From contig JADGIF010000607.1 of NCBI GenBank assembly GCA_018985225.1, positions 1 through 6,054 of the forward strand: 6,054 nucleotides of DNA, read 5' to 3'. This DNA is from Amoeboradix gromovi X-113 (Eukaryota > Fungi > Sanchytriomycota). The notes under the pieces were generated by a model. That model had not been told where the DNA came from. It ran no database searches and saw only the letters and a program-made list of their open reading frames with translations. Of this stretch, positions 1-6,054 are shown in pieces (the stretch's first letter is position 1; every line of letters begins with the position of its first letter). The translations under genes and the position numbers were made by a program.

Positions 1-266
1 ATAATGAGAGTAGAGAGCACCTTTTTAGCGAAGTATAGTCGAGTAGTATATACTCAAGTTGTCTACTCTGCAGAATAGTGAAATCTGATTAATTGGAGAA
101 CTTCACATTTACCCTAGGTGTGCCCAGCTCCAAGTCATTAAATTGAATTAAAGAGACGGGTTTAACTAAGTACATTTGCTAAATATGGTCTTTATTCGTT
201 TGTAGAATTACTTATCCTTTGTACCCGACCCAACTCAACTTTTAATTCAAGGGTCAAGATAGGAGA

Positions 267-1580
267 ATGTTTTTGTTCGAAGGCACTTCAATCAATAAAA
301 AGCAAATAAAGCAATGCAAGAACAATGGTTCTAAACTATCACCTCTTTTGAGCAAGGTCGCCGTCGTTCATAACATTGAACAAAATCAAAAATTCACGCA
401 AGAAGAAATGGTTGAATACTCAAAAGAAAACCATATTAACATTCAAAATGCACCCATTCATTGCATAAAATCTTATTCTGAGTTGGTCCGCGGTGAAGTG
501 GAACTAGCAATAATATCCAAAATCCTGGATAAATATTCCGCTCCTACTCCGATTCAGAGATCTGCTATTCATTATATATTAAAGAACAGAGACACTTTAT
601 GTATCGCACCTACAGGAAGTGGCAAAACTCTTGTGTATGTTTTGGGTGGTATTTTACAATTAGTTAGAAATAACAGCATCTTATCGGATACTACTAAAAT
701 GCTAATAGTTGTTCCTACTAAAGAGCTAATGATACAAATTAAATCATATATTCAGCAGCATTTTGATGTCAGTGTGGGAATGATTGACAAGCTTCATAAG
801 TACAAACAAGCAATTCTAGTTAGCACCCCATTATTACTTGTTCGCGCTATAGATAATAACCAGGTTACTTTAGACTTAGACGTATTTATCATGGACGAAG
901 CAGACAAGCTGCTTAATAAACAATTTATTAGTGATATACAGCATATTCATAAAAATCTAAAGGCCAAGCAAGTTATTATGACCTCGGCTACATTTCCACA
1001 TGACTTGGAGGTTATTGCGAAGATGATGATGCACGACTCTATCCGAATTACTGTGGGAAACAGAGGAGCAAATAGAAATATCACGCAGAAGATGATTTAC
1101 TGCGGAAACGCACAAGGAAAGTTATTACAAATGAAAAACATGATATTAGATGGTATAAAACCACCGATCTTGATATTTGTGAATGATGTAGACAGCGGTA
1201 GAAAGCTATACAGGGAACTTGAGAATAAGATTATGAAGTTGGGAATACTGCATGCATATTTAACTCCTCAGCAAAGAAAGCAAGTTATGAGCAAGTTTAT
1301 TGCTGGGGACATATGGGTACTAATTTCATCAGACGTCCTTAGCAGAGGAATCGATATTAATATTGAGATGGTGATTAACTATGATGCCCCAGTAGACAAT
1401 AAGACATACATTCATAGAATCGGAAGAACAGGAAGACAGCGTGAGGGCCATGCCGTCACTTTTTATACGAATGCAGACATTGATAACATAAAAAAGATTG
1501 TAAATGTTATGAAGGAAACTGGAATGGAAGTGCCAGAACATCTGTTACATGTGCAACATAAAAAACGCAAATATAAATAA
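267..1580 (+). CDS. ROK1: ATP-dependent DEAD-box RNA helicase, ROK1/DDX52 family (40S ribosome biogenesis)
   Basis: 437-aa ORF with Q motif (PTPIQ), I (APTGSGKT), Ia (PTKEL), II (DEAD), III (SAT), V (DVLSRGID) and VI (HRIGRTGR). Subfamily-type segments are QKMIYCGNAQGKL, GIKPPILIFV and GDIWVLI, recalled as similar to Rok1 QKLVFCGNEEGKL and KPPIIIF. Confidence 0.88.
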   Translation: MFLFEGTSINKKQIKQCKNNGSKLSPLLSKVAVVHNIEQNQKFTQEEMVEYSKENHINIQNAPIHCIKSYSELVRGEVELAIISKILDKYSAPTPIQRSAIHYILKNRDTLCIAPTGSGKTLVYVLGGILQLVRNNSILSDTTKMLIVVPTKELMIQIKSYIQQHFDVSVGMIDKLHKYKQAILVSTPLLLVRAIDNNQVTLDLDVFIMDEADKLLNKQFISDIQHIHKNLKAKQVIMTSATFPHDLEVIAKMMMHDSIRITVGNRGANRNITQKMIYCGNAQGKLLQMKNMILDGIKPPILIFVNDVDSGRKLYRELENKIMKLGILHAYLTPQQRKQVMSKFIAGDIWVLISSDVLSRGIDINIEMVINYDAPVDNKTYIHRIGRTGRQREGHAVTFYTNADIDNIKKIVNVMKETGMEVPEHLLHVQHKKRKYK

Positions 1581-1738
1581 CTTTAATTTTAGTCGAACAG
1601 CTTACAAATGCACAAGTCTTATGAGCTAAAATCCGCTTAAACTTCTGTTTTTAATCATTATATACGACCATAAAAAACTTCACAGATAAACGATCACATC
1701 TTATTTTTGTCCTAGAATTTCAACTTCACGGAGACCAC

Positions 1739-3196
1739 ATGAGGAGTTTACTTCGAAGACTTCATATTCAGAACGGAAGTCACGTAGAGCTCCAAAAAGA
1801 CTTTAAATGGTTGGGCTCTAGTGTTTTAAACAAACTGAATATCCAGAAGATTCATGAACCAACTCAGATTCAACAATACACTTGGGCGTTTGCAAAAGCA
1901 GAGAGGGACATGATTGCCATTAGTAAAACTGGAAGCGGTAAAACTCTAGGTTTTTTGGGTGGCGTCAAGGATAAACAAGCGCTAGTGTTAGCGCCCACTA
2001 GAGAGCTGGTGGAACAGATAAGCTGTGAATATAAAAAGTATTTCAATGGTAAGGTTGCTACTATATATGGCGGTGCAAGTAGGTACGGACAAATTAGAGA
2101 GTTAAGCAGAAACCCCTCTTTAATTGTAGCTACCCCTGGTAGATTAATTGACTTAATGAATGAACATCATGTTCCTGTAAAAATGGATTCTATGGTATTG
2201 GATGAAGCAGACAGAATGCTGGACATGGGTTTTGAGCCTCAATTACGAGAGATTATGAGAAATATTGAACGCAAACAAACACTTATGTTCAGTGCCACTT
2301 GGCCTAAAAATATTCAAAAGCTAGCAAGCGAATTTTTGGATAATCATGTCCATGTTAGTGTGGGTAGTATGAAACTGACCCTTAACAAAGACGTGACTCA
2401 TGATATCGTTCATTGCAGACCTGTTGAGAAATTGGGATTACTGATGGAGAAGCTAACGAAAGACAAAACCATTATATTTTGTAATACCAAACGAATGGTA
2501 GATAAGTTGCATCAGGAACTAATTGACAATCGTGTTAGATCCTCGTATATTCACGGTGACTGTTCTCAAGCTGCTAGAGAATTTGCTCTCCAAAAGTTCA
2601 AAGATGGCAAATCCTCTGTTTTGGTTGCCACAGATGTTTGCGGTCGCGGAATTGACGTAAACGATGTTAAATATGTAATCAATTATGACATTCCAAATGA
2701 CGGCGAGGATTTTATTCATAGAATAGGTAGAACTGGGAGGGCCGGTAAATCAGGTGTTGCAATATCCTATTTTACAAGCAATGATGCAGAAGTTTCTAGA
2801 GAGTTGATAAAAATATTTGAAGACAGCGATATTGAGGTGCCACAGGAGATTTTAAAAATCGCTTCCACTTTAAATGTAAACTCTAATAGAAGAAAGGGCC
2901 ACAACAATGACAGATCCAGGTTCAACAGGGAGAACAGATTTAGTGATGGAACTAGACCACAGAACATCAGAAGCAACCAGCAATCCAACAGATCTGGCGC
3001 TGGATACAATACGCGATTTAATATTTCAGGGGGCTTTGAAAGGTCAACTAGCCGAAGAGGTGTACAATTCATGTCTAACGGCAGAGCAGAAAAATCTGCT
3101 TCTGTTAAACCCAAATATGCCAAGAGTGGTCGATCTAAATTTGAACCTGCTAGGAATCATAGCAATTCTGGAAAGTTTGTAAGAAAATCTTATTAA
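1739..3196 (+). CDS. DEAD-box RNA helicase, DBP2/DDX5-like, divergent, with basic low-complexity C-terminal tail
   Basis: 485-aa ORF with KTGSGKT, LAPTREL, YGG, ATPGRLID, LDEADRMLDMGFEPQLREI, QTLMFSATWP, IHGD and HRIGRTGRAG. LDMGFEPQ plus SATWP is typical of Dbp2/DDX5/DDX17. Orthology versus paralogy is uncertain, so no symbol is given. Confidence 0.85.
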   Translation: MRSLLRRLHIQNGSHVELQKDFKWLGSSVLNKLNIQKIHEPTQIQQYTWAFAKAERDMIAISKTGSGKTLGFLGGVKDKQALVLAPTRELVEQISCEYKKYFNGKVATIYGGASRYGQIRELSRNPSLIVATPGRLIDLMNEHHVPVKMDSMVLDEADRMLDMGFEPQLREIMRNIERKQTLMFSATWPKNIQKLASEFLDNHVHVSVGSMKLTLNKDVTHDIVHCRPVEKLGLLMEKLTKDKTIIFCNTKRMVDKLHQELIDNRVRSSYIHGDCSQAAREFALQKFKDGKSSVLVATDVCGRGIDVNDVKYVINYDIPNDGEDFIHRIGRTGRAGKSGVAISYFTSNDAEVSRELIKIFEDSDIEVPQEILKIASTLNVNSNRRKGHNNDRSRFNRENRFSDGTRPQNIRSNQQSNRSGAGYNTRFNISGGFERSTSRRGVQFMSNGRAEKSASVKPKYAKSGRSKFEPARNHSNSGKFVRKSY

Positions 3197-3214
3197 TAAA
3201 TGAATTTATTTATT
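3195..3214. terminator. Opposed polyadenylation signals overlapping the two convergent stop codons
   Basis: AATAAA on + at 3195-3200 overlaps TAA 3194-3196. AATAAA on - at 3214-3209 and 3210-3205 overlaps TAA 3212-3210. Confidence 0.55.
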
Positions 3215-4679
3215 TCAACGCATTTATCAAAAAATCCTTGTCCCTGAGTAGCTGATTAATGTCGTTCACGATGTAAGTACCGGTTTGATAATTTTGGCAT
3301 TTATAGTCTACGTCGTAACTCATCATTTGCAGATCCTGGGTGAGCGGTATGCATTTGGACCAGAAATCATTATGGAAATTAATATCTGCAAATTTATTGA
3401 CGCTCAATTGTTTGATGTAGTTACTGAGATCAGCACGCGGAGTAGTTTTAAGCGATTTAATGAGAGAGAGGTATTGGTGAATGTTGGATATGTTCAAATG
3501 CCCTAAAACATGCTCCAGGTTCATAGCAAACTGATCATCATTAGACAAAGCTAATTCCTTAATTTCGAGTGGAACAGTGAAATCACACGCTGATATAACA
3601 TAATCAATCATTTTCTTGTCTTCATAAGAAATGAGACCTAATATCCTTTCAATTGTATGGAATAGTAAAGGTGGATTGGAAACATTGTACTCTTGCACTT
3701 GCTTAGAATCAGCTATTTTGTTAACACAAACAGCTTTAAATCCACCTCTAGAAACTTTCTCATTAAGGCCGTATATTTCATCTAGGATTTCGGACATTTC
3801 TTTTTTTTTTAAATTCCACAATTCCTCAAAATCCTTAGTAAGTTTTAATTTCATTGCTTCAAATTGTGATTTCCCATTCACGATTCTTAAATTCATTTTG
3901 ACGTACCTAGATTCTCTCGTATTCTCAACAGTCATTCGAGTGTTCTTCAACTCAGAATGGATATCTTTCAGTTGGTTTAACTCATCAGTTATCTGATTCT
4001 GCTTTCTCTTTGACAAGTTCAAAATTTTTCCATTCTCGTCCTCTTGTTTTTTTAATATTTCCAAATTGTGGTCAATCTTTTCAGAGTTTATTAAACAGGC
4101 CGCCTTCAGCGTGTCAAGCTGCTGTTGAATTGTAAAAACGTTTTTTTGAGAATTATTCCAAGAAAGAAGAGACTGATCCTTTTGGCCGCTTTTCAAATCT
4201 AGTATCGCTTCAATAGTGTCTTTCGTAACCAAATTTTTATTCTGAATTATATTTAAGAAATTTTGATTATTCTGTGTACACCAAGCTCTCATCTGCTCAT
4301 CCCAGATATTTATGCTGTTCTGAAGAAGAGATTTTCCAGATTTAATTGCATTGTTATACTTGTCTAATTGCACTTTTTTAAGACTGTTTAAATGGCTCTC
4401 AAATTCAAGTTGCCATTGAGTTATAATCTCAGGAACATCACCCAGCTCGTTCCTCTTTATATAATCAGAATACTTTATGTAGTCTACTAATTTGTCATTG
4501 ATGTTATGCTTCAAAACCAGTGCATCTTCATAATCCACCAAATCTATCGTGGATTGCAATTTGAAAATGTTATCCAAAACATGGTGAAATCTCTTTTGCA
4601 GTTGGTTTTCAACAGAAGACAGTCGACCTGCAATGTCAACAGTAATTTTATCTTGAACTCTGCCAAAATCATTGGACAT
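3210..4679 (-). CDS. DRC1: Dynein regulatory complex subunit 1 (DRC1/CCDC164)-like coiled-coil protein, divergent and shortened (489 aa)
   Basis: QQQLDTLKAACLINSEKIDHNLEILKKQEDENGKILNLSKRKQNQITDELNQLK resembles the recalled DRC1 core EQQLQQxKAxYQLNQEKLEYNxQVLKKRDEExTxxKSQQKRKIxRLxDxLNNL. Further colinear matches are DFEELWNL, ACDFTVP...LEHVLGHLNI and DFWSKCIP. The first in-frame ATG is at 4679 (the track start at 4688 is TTG), with an upstream in-frame TGA at 4730-4728. Confidence 0.75.
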   Translation of the reverse strand: MSNDFGRVQDKITVDIAGRLSSVENQLQKRFHHVLDNIFKLQSTIDLVDYEDALVLKHNINDKLVDYIKYSDYIKRNELGDVPEIITQWQLEFESHLNSLKKVQLDKYNNAIKSGKSLLQNSINIWDEQMRAWCTQNNQNFLNIIQNKNLVTKDTIEAILDLKSGQKDQSLLSWNNSQKNVFTIQQQLDTLKAACLINSEKIDHNLEILKKQEDENGKILNLSKRKQNQITDELNQLKDIHSELKNTRMTVENTRESRYVKMNLRIVNGKSQFEAMKLKLTKDFEELWNLKKKEMSEILDEIYGLNEKVSRGGFKAVCVNKIADSKQVQEYNVSNPPLLFHTIERILGLISYEDKKMIDYVISACDFTVPLEIKELALSNDDQFAMNLEHVLGHLNISNIHQYLSLIKSLKTTPRADLSNYIKQLSVNKFADINFHNDFWSKCIPLTQDLQMMSYDVDYKCQNYQTGTYIVNDINQLLRDKDFLINALK

Positions 4680-4714
4680 TGGCCTCAAGATTACCGTCTT
4701 GTTAAAAGTCCTGG

Positions 4715-4724
4715 TTTTATAAAA
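4715..4724. promoter_or_regulatory. Palindromic TTTTATAAAA, possible bidirectional TATA box
   Basis: Reads TATAAAA on both strands. It lies about 40 nt upstream of the DRC1 ATG (-) and about 30 nt upstream of the candidate ncRNA (+). Confidence 0.35.
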
Positions 4725-4747
4725 AAATCAAGAATTTCCTTAAAGAA

Positions 4748-5334
4748 AGTGAATAAGCCAGTCGATCCGTTACCGTGGCTGCCCTGCTTCCTCTATCCTG
4801 ACACATGATTGAATCGGCCACTTGTGCATGTTTCTGTATCCAAACTGATCTTATTTAGAGCACGACTGCACAGCTCGCCTCTTCTGTTTGTCAAGTTTGT
4901 ACTCAGATATACTATAGCTGTTGACAAGTTAGGACAGTCACTTTGAATCTTGCGGCAGTTACGTTGAAAACTAAATGCTTAGACTCCTTTGCATGTTTAT
5001 TTCTTGGTTTGAAATAGCTGAATAAAACGGTGCTCATCGCTCAAAAACACGAGACTGGATCCCGCCCCAGGACCGAGTTCTCTTACAACAATAAATATCT
5101 TTCTTTCTAATCTTAGCACAGTAAACATCTTTCTTTCTCCTGAATTAGTGTCAGCGGCTTTCCAGCAGACAATTCTTTGTCATGTTTGCTCTCGTAGCAC
5201 ACAGCAACAGACGTTACGTAAATAGTATCTTTAGACTCTTGGAACATTTCCTAAATTTCGAAGTCAGTATTCTCTGCATTCTGTGTATACTGACGATTTC
5301 TCTAGATCTAATGGAGCTCACTTGATTATTCATT
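4748..5334 (+). ncRNA. Candidate structured non-coding RNA of unassigned family (possibly RNase MRP-like; the transcript could extend to about 5425-5440)
   Basis: No long ORF. The ends pair (4748-4762 with 5320-5334, 13 of 15 positions including one G-U). There are several 7-8 bp internal stems, TATAAAA 30 nt upstream, and no TTTT on + between 4719 and 5422. Confidence 0.4.
5081..5138. repeat. Tandem duplication, 30-bp period, two copies
   Basis: TCTTACAACAATAAATATCTTTCTTTCT (5081-5108) versus TCTTAGCACAGTAAACATCTTTCTTTCT (5111-5138), 24 of 28 identical. Confidence 0.9.
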
Positions 5335-5422
5335 AGACCCATGTTCCATAAACTGAAGGGACAAGCTTTACAAATTTACAACTGGGAACCAATAGTTCTA
5401 AATTTGCTGAATTAAGTGCAGC

Positions 5423-5490
5423 TTTTGATAGCGCCAGTTTTTGAAATAATATTTTTTTACTCTTTAGCAGGACTGATATTAATAGTTTTT
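5423..5490 (+). terminator. Cluster of oligo-T runs, possible RNA polymerase III terminator
   Basis: T4 at 5423-5426, T5 at 5438-5442, T7 at 5452-5458 and T5 at 5486-5490, directly after about 700 nt with no T4. Confidence 0.3.
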
Positions 5491-5830
5491 AATTCGGAAG
5501 TTAGTTTCAGTGTCGAAGTATGGAAGTATTGCTAACCTTCTCAAAAAGCTAATCTTATTTATAAGAGTCACTTCAGATTAAAAAAATAATCTTTAACGGC
5601 TATCTATCTTAGAACTTCACAAGTACCAGAATCAGTAAGAAAATTGGAAGTGGCTATGTGCATGTAGAAAGAGGTTATATGGCAGCTTGAAACACATAAA
5701 TGTACGCATTATTATCCCGCATTGGGTTTCCAGTAAAGTCAGTTACCGACATTATAATTCAAGCGGCATTTTTAGATCATCTCTAGAAATTCTTGAACCA
5801 AGACTTTACGGAGGAACTCCCCGTGGAAAT

Positions 5831-5989
5831 ATGGAAACAGCACATTCAGAATTACTCTCATTAATGGGGTTTGATGAGTTTAAAAGTACAAAGCAGACCA
5901 AGGTGTATGCCAATAACGTCTACTGTTGCAAGAAGATCAAAAAGAGACGTAGAATACAAATCCGGAAAATTAAAAAAGATGCAGCTTGA
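5831..5989 (+). CDS. SNRNP27: U4/U6.U5 tri-snRNP 27 kDa protein (SNRNP27/DUF1777)-like micro-protein, 52 aa
   Basis: METAHSELLSLMGFDEFKSTKQTKVYANNVYCCKKIKKRRRIQIRKIKKDAA resembles the recalled conserved domain EMMxxMGFxxFxSTKGKKVxGNxxxxxxxxxKRKYRQ. The first ATG in this frame is at 5831 (the track start at 5687 is TTG). AATAAA follows at 6001-6006. Confidence 0.7.
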   Translation: METAHSELLSLMGFDEFKSTKQTKVYANNVYCCKKIKKRRRIQIRKIKKDAA

Positions 5990-6000
5990 CTATTTTCTTG

Positions 6001-6006
6001 AATAAA
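6001..6006 (+). terminator. Polyadenylation signal of the SNRNP27-like gene
   Basis: AATAAA begins 12 nt after the last base of the TGA stop (5987-5989), followed by T-rich sequence. Confidence 0.5.
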
Positions 6007-6054
6007 TCATTTATCGCGAATTTGTATATATTTTTGTATCATTTCAAGACTTTT

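Noticed and set aside
18-90. U2 snRNA-like (CCTTTT..GC.AAG...GTAGTAT on +) or U3-like (GACTATACTT on -) 5' sequence
   Set aside because: The U2 GAUC needed for U6 pairing and an Sm site are missing, and U3 box A (GAUCAUUUCU) is missing.
1-175. TAA/TAG read as Gln (aphelid or ciliate-type code), suggested by single in-frame stops here on - and at 5784
   Set aside because: The three long genes have about 1400 codons with no internal TAA or TAG and end in TAA at plausible C-termini.
261-265. Shine-Dalgarno-like AGGAG, GGAG or GAGG before the ATGs, implying a prokaryotic operon
   Set aside because: Spacing is inconsistent (1, 5 and 3 nt), and the genes belong to eukaryote-specific families with poly(A) signals.
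1329-4808. Small track ORFs (1329-1541, 2519-2719, 2767-3123, 2907-3182, 3285-3506, 3631-3996, 4506-4808)
   Set aside because: They are antisense or out-of-frame shadows of well-supported genes, with no recognisable motifs.
5081-5138. CRISPR-like repeat
   Set aside because: Only two nearly adjacent copies with a 2-nt gap, no spacers and no cas genes.
4784-5171. SRP helix-8-like motifs (TCAGG..GGAAGCAG on - at 4801-4784; GTCAGCGG-CTTT-CCAGCAGAC on + at 5150-5170)
   Set aside because: Neither has the stem capped by a GNRA tetraloop together with the CAGG/AGCA symmetric loop.
4748-5440. Telomerase RNA assignment
   Set aside because: No CUAACCCU-like template is visible. It cannot be excluded without knowing the telomere repeat.
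5687-5830. N-terminal 48 aa of the 100-aa track ORF
   Set aside because: It depends on a TTG start, unlikely in a eukaryote. Similarity begins only after ATG 5831. The same applies to the TTG at 4688.
5682-5989. GCAGCTTGA direct repeats (5682-5690, 5981-5989) as a target-site duplication
   Set aside because: 9-mer matches are expected by chance in 6 kb, and there are no terminal repeats, poly(A) tail or transposase.

Overview
AT-rich, gene-dense, apparently intronless eukaryotic DNA in the standard genetic code. It carries two tandem DEAD-box RNA helicases on + (ROK1/DDX52-like at 267-1580; DBP2/DDX5-like at 1739-3196, with a possible mitochondrial presequence). A convergent, very divergent DRC1/CCDC164-like flagellar gene lies on - (3210-4679), only 13 bp away. 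A roughly 52-aa SNRNP27-like micro-gene lies at 5831-5989. Between DRC1 and SNRNP27 is about 1.1 kb with no credible ORF. Its first 600-700 nt look like a structured ncRNA gene on +: a TATA box about 30 nt upstream, pairing ends, several hairpins, no TTTT until a cluster of T-runs, and an RNase MRP CR-V-like motif. This is the best candidate for something undescribed. Family calls come from recalled motifs, not database searches. The source looks like a compact, fast-evolving eukaryote with current or ancestral flagella, for example an early-diverging fungus (inference).
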